A stretch of 64,000 nt of DNA from Azolla caroliniana (GCA_043228905.1 JBHGNT010000010.1:10540001-10604000); one strand, 5' to 3'; numbered from the stretch's first letter, positions 38,687-51,915 are shown. The notes: a model not told the origin generated them from the sequence alone. Made by a program: numbers and translations.

Positions 38687-40627
38687 AGGGGGAGTTTGTT
38701 GGGAGACAGGTCCCTCCGGATGGGAAGGGAGAAGAACAGTGCTGATGAACAAACTCGGCCGAGGCCGAAACGGTATGAGGAGGACCCGGCTACGGAGAGC
38801 CGGATGTTGCAGACCCGATATGAACAGGATGAGGAGTACCCGGCTACGGAGAGCCGCATGTTGCAGACCCGGTATGAACCGGATGAGGAGTACCCGGTTA
38901 TGGAGAGCCGGATGGTGCAGACCCGGTATGAACCGGATGAGGAGTACCCGGCTACGGAGAGCCGGATGTTGCAGACCCGGTATGAACCGGATGAGGAGTA
39001 CCCGGCTACAGAGAACCGGATGAAGAGACATATTCGTAAATATGTTTCTGAGAGTCCATCGAGGCTATATTTGTAAATAGCCGAAAAGTCATATTAGTAT
39101 AAATATGACTTAGGGCAAACTTTTAGTCAGTAGTGGTTGTCATTCTTGTTGGTGCAAGAATAGAGTGAGTGTGTAACAATGTACAGAGAGAGAGAGAGAG
39201 ACAGAAAGAGGTTGTTGCCTCTGTTGTAACCGCCGCCTGTGGCGAAGATAGTGAGCACGAGGTCGTTGCCTCCGTGAACTCACTGCTGTACATACTAACC
39301 TAGTGATAGTTTGTTGCCTGTGGGCTGCCGTGGTTTTTCCCTCTTTGGGTTTTCCACGTAAACATCCTGCGTACTCTTCTCTTCCATTGTGTCGCTTTTT
39401 ATTTATTTATTTCCCGGTTTTTCTGTGTATGATTCTAAGCTCGGTTGTGGCCGAGCGTTGTGTATAAGGAGCGTTTGAGTTCTCGTCAGTACGTTGATGC
39501 TAGTGGATGAGGAGTCTCCAATAATGTCTGTTGCGAAGCATTCGCTAGTGTGAGTAATTGCTAGATTAGATAAAAATATATATATCGATCCTACTCCACT
39601 AATTGCTAATTTCTCATCTCATATTTGGGTGTTAGACTCTAGACCAATTGACGACTTGCTGTGGGATCCATCATATTATGGTTGGAAATTGTCCATGTCT
39701 GACTCTTCGACTAAGGTCCTCCCTTTCTTCACATATTCAGTGGCATTTGGGAGGAATTTTATGTTGAAGCAGGCCGAGTTGATACCTGCTGGAAAAAAGT
39801 ATTGGGAGGAAGGCAATGCCTCATCTTCTCATATGGTGATGTTTTGGAAACAATTTTGGTGAATTAAATGCATGAATAGGATATTGCATTTTCGGTGGTT
39901 GATGATTCATTATGCATTGCTAGTAGGTGATTTGTTGAGGGGATCGGTGAGTAATTGGTCATGTATTATGTGTGGGTTTGTGGCTGAGACATTGCATCAT
40001 GTATTTTGCGAATGTGTTGCCGAAAAAAGTTTTTGGTGTCGAATTCTTAGGCTTCTAGGTCGTAAATATAGGTCGGCTATTTTTACGTGGGGTGCAGTTT
40101 TTGGGGGAATGTTGGATCAACAAAGGGCTTTTTATCATTATAATCATTCTTCCTTGTCTTTACATGTAAGAAGTTTTCAGGTATATTCTACTTCAAGCTC
40201 CTAGCAGGGAATCTTGTTCTTCTCGCAGAGTTATGTTTGGCAGATTTTCTCCTCGTTGGCTTTACGGGTTCTTTGGAAAGCTAGGTGTTCCAAGTTATAC
40301 AATGATGAAGACACTCACGTTGTGGATCAGGTAAAGTCTTTTTGGAACTTATTAGTACATATGGTTAAAGGTGATTATGACAATGATAAAAGGTTCTGGA
40401 AACACATCTATTCGAAAAAGAAGGAGAATTCGACGAGTTTGGTCAACTATTCCTATAATGTTAGATGCAGCCGCGGAGGTTAGGTGGAACTATGTACCAC
40501 CTCGTTGGTTGTTCCCGCCACCGGCACCATTCTTACTGCGAACAACATGAGTCAACATGGAGGAGAAGGTTGCGACATGTAGGAAGGCTATTTTAATGTA
40601 TAAGGTGTTGATGATAATCGAAGATAG

Positions 40628-41404
40628 TGACGGGAACTCACTTCTCCTTTTGTCCAACGCTCGACCACAACCGAGATTCTTTTCATACACAGAAAATAGG
40701 AAACCGAAAAACACGCGACACAAAGGAGAGAAAAGGGTACACAAAATGTTTACGTGGAAAACCCAAAGAGGGAAGAAAACCACGGCAGCCCTCAGGCTGC
40801 AAACTATCACTAAGTTGGAATGTACAAAACAGTGAGATCACTGAGGCAACGACCTCGGGCTCACGATCTTCGCCACAGGTGGCGGTTACAACAGAGGCAA
40901 CGACCTCTTTTATCTCTCTCTCTCTCTACAACACTACGTACTCACTCTTCTTCTTGCACCAACAAGAAAATGACAACAACAGCAGTTACTAAAAGTTTGC
41001 CCTAAGTCATATTTATACTAATATGACTTTTCGGCTATTTACAAATGTAACCTCGATGGGCTCTCAAGAACATATTTACGAATATGTCTCTTCATCTGGT
41101 TCTTCACCGGGTCTGTATCATCTGGCTCTCCATAGCCGGGTACTCCTCATCCAGTTCATACCGGGCCTGCACCATCCGGCTCTCCGTAGCTGGGTACTCC
41201 TCATCCGGTTCATACCGGGCCTGCACCATTCGGCTCTCCGTAGCCGAGTACTCCTCATCCGGTTCATACCGGGCCTGCACCATCCGGCTCTCCGTAGCCG
41301 GGTCCTCCTCATACGGTTTCGGCCTCGGCCTATCGGCCTCGACCGAGTTTGTTCATCGGCACTGATCTTCTCCCTTCCCATCCGGAGGGACCTGTCTCCC
41401 AACA
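40628..41404 (-). mobile_element. Solo LTR of the copia B/C family
   Basis: Same termini; TSD GATAG at 40623-40627 and 41405-41409. Confidence 0.95.
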
Positions 41405-41509
41405 GATAGCCAGAGGGTGGATGAAGACATGAGGATGAGGGATGATGTTGTGGGGGCTGAAGTAGAGTAGTATAAGAAGGTAGTAATTTTTTTTGACTCA
41501 AATTTGGCT

Positions 41510-42375
41510 GTTAGGACAGGATTTTAGCAATATTTAGCGGAATTCCTATGATAATCGGAGACATCGAGATGGTGGATGTGGACATGAGGAAGTTGGTTTT
41601 CTGTTTTTGTGATCAAGATGAATGATGTTGGTGGGGGGCTGAAGCAGATTATTATGAGAAGGTGAGGATTTATTCCACTCATTTGTTGGCTATTAGTGTA
41701 ATAGGATTTTCAAGGTAATCAACAATATGACAAGAAGGTCAGTAAGATGCTTTAGATGTGGGCTGACTTATGAAGATGTTATGGTTCTCATAGGTTGAGG
41801 GATGATGGCGATGGGGTTTGAAGCATATTTGTCATGACAAGAGGATGAGTGGTGATGGTGTGAGGGTTGTAGCAGATCATGAGGGGAGATTGAAACCTTT
41901 TTCACTTATTTTTTGTCTATTTGCACAGGACCTTGGTGGATTTTAGCGGTAATAGGCGGGAATCCTGAGAGAATCGGAGATAGAGAGATGGTGGATGAGG
42001 ACATGAGGAAGTTGGTTTTCTGTTTTTGTGATCAGGATGAGTGATGTTGGTGTGGGAGCTGATGTAGATTATTCTGGTGATGTTGGTGTGGGGACATGAG
42101 GAAGCTGGTTTTCTGTTTTTCACTCATTTTTGGCAATTAGTACAGGATTGCGGTAATCGGTGAGATGGCAAGAGGGTCAATGAGATGCTCCAGATATGGG
42201 CTGAGTTAAGAAGATATTATGGTTCTCATAGGTTGTGGGATGATGGCAATGGGGTTTGAAGCATGTTTGTCACGACGAGAGGGTGAGTGGTGTTGGTGTG
42301 AGGGTTGAACAAGATCATGAGGGGATGAGGAATCATTTTTCACTTATTTTGTTGTTAATTGCACAAGACATTGGT
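41510..42375 (+). repeat. Imperfect tandem duplication (~430-bp unit) within a G/T-rich repetitive tract
   Basis: GAGATGGTGGATGxGGACATGAGGAAGTTGGTTTTCTG near 41567 and 41985; ATGGTTCTCATAGGTTG near 41781 and 42219. Confidence 0.8.
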
Positions 42376-43241
42376 GGTATTCGACGAGATGGTTGATGTG
42401 GATTGAATGAAGGAATTTGTTTGTTTTTTTGGACTGATGATGGTGGGGGGGATCAAAGCAGATCATGAGGGGATGAGAATCACACTAGACTCATTTTGTT
42501 GTTATTTGTACAGGACCTTGGTAGTAAGCGGCGAGATGGTTGATGCAGACTTAATGAAGCATAATTTTGTTTAGTGTTAAGGTTGAGTGAAGATGGTGTG
42601 GGGATCGAAGCAGATGGTGTGAGGTGAGGAGGACATAGTTCATCTTGTTTATAGGGAGATTATTATAAGTACATTTTCAATTTTCGTGGAGATGAAGGAC
42701 ATGGTCGTTTTCATATGGGAGATGATACATGGGGGCTATCCAAGGCAGCCCATCACATTTTACCCAAGCGTTAGGTGCATCATGGACTACTTTGGTGTCT
42801 TCAACTGCTGTGTACAAAACATTTGTCAAATAACATCACCCTAGTGGACAACCAGGTGATGGTGAACAACTTTAGTATAGGCGGAATCAAATGCATACAT
42901 GGAGTTTTTAGACTACTAGCCATGGTGGACAACCAGGGTATGTTGACTAGGATTATCACCAAGATATGTAAAGATATGTATTCTCTTGGACCGCAAGAAT
43001 TTGGTTATAGGTTGACAATGGGTCTTGTTGGCAAAGGCTGAGAGAGTTTTCATGGATATAATTAGCCTTATCTTGCCAAAGGCCATCGTTTATATTTGGT
43101 CTTTTTTTGATAGATACTTGTGGAGTGGAAATTATTATGTACAAATTGTAGATGGACTTTGGCATTGTTAATTTTAATACCAAGGGAGTATAGTTTTTGT
43201 AGAAAAAAAACATCATAAATAAAGAAAATAAGAAAAACTAA

Positions 43242-44330
43242 TGTAAACTACCTATTAATGTGACTTTTGTTCACACTTAATAGTTACTTGAACGTCCATT
43301 CCTGTGAGATGTGATCACAATGAACATTCCCATTACAAACTTCCCTATGATCTCTTTTGCCTATAAAATATAACATCTACGATGAATAGAATGTCATCTC
43401 TCTTTCTTAATCAAACTTAAGTCATATATGTCAAATTGTTATACTTTGTTAGATAGTACTTTAAATTCCTACATGGTATCAGAGCATTCTCCTAGGAATT
43501 AAAGCACAACCATCAAGAGCATCGATTTGGAAGATCTACGAAGATGGATTCTAATACAAGTTCAACAAACAAAACAACGCCAATGACATCAAAACACAAT
43601 GGAGAAACTCAATGACAAAAATTATAGAATGTGAAAATTAAGGATGAGTCTAATCTTCGAAAGAGCACAATTAATCGACATTCTAAAAGATATAATACCA
43701 CAACCTACAACCATCCTAGAATAAAATGAATGGAAAAATAAAGATTTAAATGCACACATGGAATTGGTTATGCATCTAACTGATGAACAAATAGATTTAG
43801 TAAAAGAATTAAAAACATAAAAAGAAATATGGGATGCATTGAAGAAATACCACGAACCCTTAGACAAAACAACAAAGATCAACACCTTGAGACACCTTGT
43901 CACATTAGAAAAGGAAGAAAGTGATGGAATTGACACATTCATTAGAAAGTGGCAGTTAACCCTCGAGCAAACATTATTAGCAGGCAACAAAATTGATGAA
44001 GATATGAAATTTCATTTAATCTTGGGTGCCTTACCACACATGGAAATGATGACACTTCGAACATGAAGAACATGTTCTTGAAATTGAAAAGAGAATAAAG
44101 GACAAGGCAAAACACATGGAAAGAATAAAGGGTAAGGCAAAACACAAAGATGCATTACTTGCAATGAGCGCGATAATAAGCTTTCAGAAACCCAACTTCT
44201 CAAAGCCAAGATTTCAAAAGTTTCAAAGGTCATACAAGCCAAATCAACAAAATGACACAATACATACAACTGTGCTCAGTGTGCACTTTTATACAAGCCC
44301 TAATAATGGGCTGACACAAGTACTATGAGT
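43242..44330 (+). mobile_element. 5' relic of an AT-rich copia (LTR, PBS, gag)
   Basis: LTR ends CCTACA at 43473; PBS TGGTATCAGAGC at 43474; gag-like fragments (KINTLRHLVTL...LILGALP). LTR start uncertain. Confidence 0.75.
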
Positions 44331-44377
44331 ACGTTAATGCTCATGAATGAGCTTTGACGCTAATGACCTATAATATT

Positions 44378-44667
44378 TGTTGAGAATCAAACTCAACTTC
44401 CATAGTGTGGGAACACACCCTAGTGTGTGAACACCTCATCACCTACTGTAGTAACTAGTGTGTCATAGAATCTTATAGTTCTATGCCACAAATTCGGTGT
44501 AGTTAAGTATCCACCTACCTTTAGTTAAGAGGTGGTTGTAGAAAGAGAATATCGAGAGAAGGTGACTATATAAGCACCTTCCCACCGTATTTGTAGTAGT
44601 TGTTTATTCTTGTAATCTTTTCCTTGATAATATAGTCATCAGAGGTTTTCTGTATATGTCGAGATCT

Positions 44668-44702
<35 letters not shown>

Positions 44703-46425
44703 TCTTTCTCTCTCTCTCTCTCACACACACACACAAACACACACACACACACATCCCTTGAGCTGCACATAATCAGTCTTGTTTTACATGGTATCAAAGC
44801 AATTGGTAGTCTGATCCAAGCCCATTCACATGTGTTGTGTTAAAGTCTACGTTCACGAAGAACCGACTGATTGTTGTAGTAGTCTATGCACAATCCATAT
44901 CAAAGAGAAGAGTCAACATGAACACCCAGATGGGAAATACTCTTCCTACCGAAAAGCTTGACATAAACAACTTTGCATGTTGGGAGTACAAGATGCATCA
45001 ATACCTTGTCGGCCAAGGCTATTGGGGCTATATCGAAGGAGCACAAGAAACACAACCCGACCCGACACACATCGACTATCCAGCCTGGGAGCAAGCTGCG
45101 AGCCGTGTGCTATACTACCTTGCGTCGTGCATACATGACCACATGCTCGGCTACATTCGAGAGGCAAAACACTGAAGGAGGCGTGGGGGAACCTCAAGAA
45201 AATCTTCGTGGCCAATACGGCTTCTCGCAAACTTCAACTCCGGTAGGAGTTGAGCAATACTCAATAGAGGGATATGTCAATCGGCAACTACACCTTGAAT
45301 ATGAAGGAGTTGTGCGATGCTGTTGGGTCAATCAATGTCAGCATTGACGATGATGAAATGGTACAGATATGCCTCGGAGGATTGACACCTCGGTTCGGCG
45401 CAATAAGGTCGGTCATTCTTGTGAGAGAGAATCCTCCCTCCTTCAATCTTCAATTGATGTTACTTGTTGAAGAGAATCACCTCCAAGCGAGGAACAATGT
45501 GCAAGAGGGACACATGCTCTATTCGAACTCGGATTGAGGAAGAGGACAAGGTCGTGGCAGAAGAGGCCGATTTGGCCAAGGCCGACACAATCATGGGCAA
45601 TCCCATAAGCACAACTTCTACTACTGACAAGAAGCTACAAACTCGCGAGGTGGAGCCTCGGTAGAAGGGAGAGTAATCATGCAGGGTGCAGCCAACAGAA
45701 CAACTCTGTTCAGTGCGCATATTGTGGCAAATTCGGCCACTACAAGGCAGAGTGTCGGAAAAAGAAAAGTCAGACAACTTTCATAAGTCGACATCTCACT
45801 AATTACGCCTCAAATTCTGACTTAGAGCAAACTCGATGACGGAATCGTGCTCGACTAGCATCTCCAGTCCCGAAGATGTTGGTTTGTCGATTTGGGTGCG
45901 TCAAATCACATGATGTCCCATGTAGATTGGTTTCGAGAACTCTGAAAACCCGATCGACTTGGCTATGTTGAAACTAGGGATGACACAATACACCCCATCC
46001 AACATGTCAACAATGTCCCATTCGGTAAAGAGGGGAATGAGACGTACATAAAAAATATCTTGCATGTTCCAACAATAACGAAGAATCTGATCTCGATAGG
46101 CCAAATCGTGGAACAAGGAATGCAATTTCGATTCAACTATGGAGGATGCTTCATCGAAAAGAAAGGTTGAATGATCATTCGCAGTTGAAGAGAAGGCCAA
46201 ATATGCCTCCTCAACTCACACGAGATGAAATCGGCTATGTATGGAAAGGGCCAGAAAGCTGACACTAACATAGAGTTGTGGCACAAACGAATCGGCCACA
46301 TGGATCTCCAAAAACTTAAAGGGTTGCTGTCGAAAGGAGTCATCATCGGACTCCCAACTTTTATCTGGAAGGAGATGGCAGGTGTATGCGGCAAACAACA
46401 TCGACAACTGTTCCCTAAAGAGAGT
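44378..46425 (+). mobile_element. 5' relic of a copia related to element A (LTR, PBS, gag, PR, GAG-pre)
   Basis: LTR 44378-44788; PBS TGGTATCAAAGC; gag YKMHQYLVGQGYW...WEQAASRV collinear with A; ELWHKRIGH; truncated before the integrase core. Confidence 0.88.
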
Positions 46426-46429
46426 GGTC

Positions 46430-47445
46430 GAAAAGTAGATGAGTGGTAAAAAATTAGATGTCCTAGATACAAAAGTATTTCCACGCATATTCTCTAGAAA
46501 AAGCTTTAGTTAGAAGAAAAACGCATGATAGAAAAAAAAGCTACATGTGCACATCTAGGGTGCATGAACGCTATGGTAAAAAAAAAACTCATGAGGTTAG
46601 AAAAAACATGTTAGAGAAAGAATATAGTCTATAGATAGAAAAAGCATGGGTTGCTAAGACTCTCTCATCACTATATACGGATGGGGAGCAAATTGTAATA
46701 AGGTTGTTGATTCTTGGGTTTTTTATTACAATCAAAATATTGATTAATATAATACTTGTGCGATTCACATGTTTTGATCTCTTTTCTCAATTTACTCTAA
46801 TGTATTCTAAACTATATTAATTTATTACTATGATTTTAATTATTACGTTAAACTAATTCACTATATTCGTGGGATTGACGAATTTCTATCTCTCTTTCTT
46901 ACAATATACACATATTTTTATTAGCCTCAAAACTCTCCTCCTCCTAGTCCATAACCTCGGCGGTTTCCACCCAACTCACGCAACAATCTAGCGCCAAAAG
47001 GCACGACACAATTGGTGAACCCAACGTGAAAATGGGTGGCAAGGAGATGGAGAATCAACAAGAGGCTAGCAACACGATGACGATGTTCGAGCGGATGCTA
47101 CAAGAACAATGCGCGATGTCAGAGATTGCGACGATAGTGGAGCGGCTCGTGCAACAGAACGCACAATTCAACGAGAAGGATGTGTCACGTTATTTGCGGG
47201 ACTACAAGGCAGAGATGCTACGATGCAGAATACTGGAAGGATTGCAAGTGACATCCTTCAATCAAGTGGCCATTGATGGGCTTCAAGGGAGTATCCACGG
47301 GATATGAGAACAAAATCCGACGTGGGCGGCACTTGAAGAAGCGTTGACGACCACGTTCACTATCGAGGACTCCTCCAAGGCCACGCAGAGAGGATTTGAA
47401 GATTGGGTGGAAACACCGGACCAGGGGCTAAAGGTCCTCGATGAT
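46430..47445 (+). mobile_element. Relic of a gypsy-type element: LTR 3' part, tRNA-Trp-like PBS, gag start
   Basis: LTR ends ~47008-47010; PBS TGGTGAACCCAACGTGAA 47013-47030; gag-like ORF 47026-47445 (FNEKDVSRYLRDYKAEM). Confidence 0.7.
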
Positions 47446-49304
47446 TTAAGGTGGTGTGTGCCGCTCCCCTGGTGCTACTTGCTCCTCGCGGTCCGGCCTC
47501 GTTAGTCGGAACGCATGCGGTGGTTGTTGTTGGTCTTGTCATTGTTCCTGGTGTCGCTCATCTCCCGAGCTTTCGTCGTAACGCCGGTGATCTCGATATT
47601 GTCGCGGCTTACCATGATAACCATTGAAGCTGCCCCATTTGTTTGTCGGCCGGTGATTCTCGTAGCGCCGGCCCCCTTTAGCATAACTCGGATGTCCACG
47701 ATAATCCTCGTCCTCTGGTTCGTCCTCCTCGGAATCGTTGTGATTTCGGTGATTCCGGTGGTGCCGGTCCTTGCGTGGGTTGCGATCCATATACCGTGGT
47801 CGGTCTTCTTGCCTCCTTTGTTCAGTCCGGCGTGGTGGACGCTGGGTGTCCATGCTGCGGACTGCGGGAGTGGCTTTGTTCAACATATTGTATTCGCATT
47901 GTTCGACTGTGTGAGCCTTCAAGTGGAAGATTGGGCAGTGGATTCACATATTGCACTCCACTGCGGAATGCCCCGAGTTCAAGCAAATCGTGCACTGGAT
48001 TGCTTGATGAAACTGGCATTCCTTGTCCTGGAGTAACGCTTGTTGTCAGGAGGACATAGAAAATGTTTCCTTCTCCTCGTCCAACTCGAGTTGTAACGCT
48101 CGTTCAATGACCATATCCATCGTTTCCCCTTTCACGCTATTGTTGTTGAGCATTGCCTAGATGGGTCGGCGTAATGCTGCCAGAAATGTTTCTCGAGCCT
48201 CGTCCTCCGCGGGGCTCCGTTCTAGTTTATGCCGTAAATTTTGGGAACGTAAGCTGAAGTTTGCTATCATCTCGGTCGGCAGTTGATTAATCGTGTAGAA
48301 CTATCCAAGGATTTCGCGTTGTGGAACCCTCCGATGGAAGAACCGCAAGAAAGCGGACTGCAGCTGATTGAAGGTTGTTATTGCTGGTAAATCCATCTGT
48401 GAATGCCAAAACGCCGCTCGCCCATCCAATGTTAACCCGAACTCCGTCATTTTCGATTAGTGCGCTACCACCTCCGAAAGGCTCTGCGCCATGTGGTTCG
48501 CATTCAAGACATTAAGGAATATGCGAATATGAGTTGTGGCGTCGGTTTCGCCGTTAAAGTGGGGGTAGGCAAAGGCCATGCTGGGGGCTACGGCGGGTCG
48601 GGAAAGACCACAAGGTGGTTGTGGTGAGTGTAGTCCCCATGTCTCATCGAGGTATTTGGAAAGCGAAGAATCACCTTTGTAATCACGGCAGGTAGTACTG
48701 AGGTTGCTGAGGCGAGGCTTTTGCCGTGCGCGTTCTTCTGTCTGGCGTGTGATGGACCTTGTGATTGGCCAGTCTTGTCGTGTTGGTTCTCTGGGGCGTT
48801 TGCGGCTAAACATCCATTCATCGTTGCTCGTCTATGAGAAGACACAGATCACCAAGTGTGCCAAAAGTGTTACCGATTAGGAACACGGTCCGCGGTCAGT
48901 CCTTCGACCTAGACCTCCAAGTGGTTGTGGAACAACGAATAGGAGTCTATGCGTAATGCGTAGGGGAATGTTCCCTGTAACCTATTAGCGTATGAGGGAG
49001 ATGGCTACAACCGACTCCTTAGCAATGGTTACACTTATGTTCTTACACGCTCAGGCATTCCAGACACACAACAGATTAGCCGTAGCTATGCACAAACTTT
49101 CAGAGAAGATAGAATTCTATTATGATACGTTTCTTTACATTCCCAAAATTACACGCTCCCCCTATCAGAGGTTTTCTGCCCTTTATATACGCAGGGTCTA
49201 TCTAGCCGTTCACGCTTCTTGAGTGAACCGTTACATGCGTTATGATCTTATATTATTCTTATTCTTACGCTCTTGTCCGTCGATTACTATTCCGGCGGAC
49301 AACA
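47446..49304 (-). mobile_element. 5' relic of a gypsy related to element G (LTR, PBS, gag)
   Basis: LTR 48868-49304 (TGTTG...GTAACA on the minus strand); PBS TGGCACACTTGGTG; gag MAFAYPHFNGETDATTHI..NANH and HTVEQCEYNMLN match G gag. Confidence 0.85.
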
Positions 49305-51915
49305 ATCGAATACAAAAGCGTTGCTCATGTTCCAATTATGACGCAATCCCCAATATCTAAGAAATAGGAAAACAATCTCCATCTTTGATTTTGGGTCAGC
49401 CTGTGTAAATTGTGCAAACACCCATTGTCTAGGTGTCAAATAACTCCGTGATCAAACTTGCCAAATTTGAGAAATGTAACTCCAAATTTGTCAAGCAATT
49501 GGACATTGTATAAATCGATGAGTACTATCTTCTATCTGAATTGTGCAAAAGAAGCAAGTACTCGTTGCTAGTCCACGACGCTTTAAAGCTAATCCCAAAG
49601 GCAATCCTCTGATCAAAACTCCCCAAATGAATACCTTTGCAACAAGTGGCAATTTAGAATGCAAACTACGTTGTAAGATCTACCACCACCCATGATCATA
49701 TTTGTGTATTTTCCATTCTTCTTCAGCCTTAGATGATAACCATCCAAGAGACTCAACGGAACAATGATACAAAAGATTAGTAGTCACTTGTAACAATGGT
49801 GTTTGACCCCCTTAAACTCCAATCAATCCACGGTTGTTCTCCTGTTTGTAGAGGTAAGGAACCTTGCATCGATGCAATATTCTGTAGTTGTTGCCAAATA
49901 AACCCATAATTAGGCGGATGCGTATTAATTGTCGTGCTTCAGTAAACTCCAAAATTCTTTGAGATGGAACCTCAACTATATCTCCCACCTCTTTGACCCC
50001 CAAACGAAACAAACGATTAAATTGAGAACGCAATCTCTCCTTTCCTGGCCAACATAATAACCGAGAAGACACAAGTAACTCTTTTTGCAAAGAGTTACAA
50101 TGCTCTCTACTAGATGATGGTTTCCATACACATAACAAGAGTGCTTCTTGCCATGAGGTAACTAAGTGTTGAACACATGAAGAACCCGGAATCCTAAGTG
50201 AAATACATCCATTCAGTAATTGCCACCATGAAGCCTTAATCGTTGTCTTCCCATGTGTTAAACCCTTGTTCTCAATGAAATATCGAACAATAGATATCCA
50301 TGGTTGTGAGTTTGAACACATGTCGTGTAATAATGAAAATCTGCGAACCATCATATGCATAGATAAGTTCAATATTCCAACCCCCCCCAATCGCTTAGGG
50401 GTTGCTAGATGATTCCAAGCAATCCATGTGATTTCCATCTTATCCCTCTTCTTCCACAACAAATATCGAAGAGGTTGCAAAATAGAATTCAACGCCTTCT
50501 TTGTCCATGGCAATAATGGCAAGTAATATAATATCATGGGTTCCATAATACATTGTACAACCTTCAAGCGAACATGAAATGACCAAGATTGTGACTTCCA
50601 ATACATGAACTTATCCCTCAACTTACTAGACATCCATTCAATCAATTGACCATTTGTAACATTCATTCCTAATGGATAGCCCAAGTGTCGAAAAATAGAG
50701 TCTTTCTTCACCAGGGATCCTTGCCATCCTAAACATTCAAAATCCCTTTCAGTGCATGATATGAGACTAGACTTCCTCCAATTAATATGTAATCCGGAAG
50801 CCAATGCAAACTGATTCCATACAAGCATCCCCTTCTCAAGATTCTCTCATGAGGCTTGTAAAAACATGAAAGAATCATCCGCCAAAGCTTGTGTTACTAT
50901 TTGCCCTCTAGATGGAAGGTGTAAACCCACAATGTCACCATTTATTGCAAGTCTTGATAGCATCACTAACAAAGGATGAGTAACAATAGCAAACAACAAT
51001 GGGCTAAGAGGGCATCCTTGACGAACGGATCTTGTGAGGGCAATATCTGATGTAACTCCCCCATTAAGCATTACTCGAGACACTACATCTTCTCCAAATA
51101 AAAATATGAGGCGAGACATACGAGGTCCAAAGCCCATTGTATGCATTAACCCAGAAACAAAAGACCAATTAACATGATCATAAGCTTTCTCCAAATCTAA
51201 TTGCACCATAATCAATTCTTGATGAGTGTTCCGAGCATAATCCATGGTCATTTGAACATTCAACACATTATGCAATATATTTCTACCTGCAATAAAACCA
51301 TATTGGGCGGGGTGTATCAACTTTGGCAAATACTTTTGTAATCTATTTGCCAAGACCTTCGTAAATATCTTGTACAACCCCCCCATCAAAGAAATAGGTC
51401 TCCATTGATGAAATGACTCAGGAGATGCCACCTTTGGAACTAGTGTTACCGGCCGGCAAGGAGTCCAAAATACGGAGTGAAGGAATTAATTAAGTATTGT
51501 TGTAAATAAGCATAGTATAGACGGACGGACTGGAAACGGTATGCCGTTCCAGATCCGGACGGATTCCGAATAGGTGTGATAGGCACCGTTTTGTACTACG
51601 GGCCGGAAACCTATTTAAAGGCCCGGACCCCATTGTAATCGCAGCGGATAATTAATAGAGCATATGGTGTTTATACTTCTGTGTTGATTTCCGTTCTGTA
51701 GTTACTGTGATATCTTACGCGTGTAATTAACCAAAGCACTCTAATCGTGTAACCTACGTAAGTCGGTGTAATCGTTGAATCTTAATCCTATGCCGTAATC
51801 ACCCTTTGGTGAAGTGTCTCCGTGACACCTTGTGTTAGGCCTTGTCCGGTCAGAGAATAACACAGTTCTGGCGACCACGATTCCTGCTTTCTCGCAGCGA
51901 ACGATGGCTTAATGG

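Larger units (their letters stand above)
33085..39488 (+). mobile_element. Ty1/copia element C (same family as B)
   Basis: LTRs 33085-33902 and 38697-39488; PBS TGGTATCAAAG at 33905; PPT GAAGGGGGAG; TSD GTACA/GTACG. Confidence 0.96.
24820..40550 (+). mobile_element. Degenerate L1 LINE ORF2 (APE-RT-zinc finger) split by copia D and copia C
   Basis: Segments 24820-25010 (SWNIQGL...IQEHHL), 30068-33084 (NIYAPN, SRLDRFY, LDFEKAYD, RYLG) and 39494-40550 (CIMCG..ETLHHVFCEC, ending VPPRWLFPPP); collinear once the insertions are removed. Confidence 0.9.
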
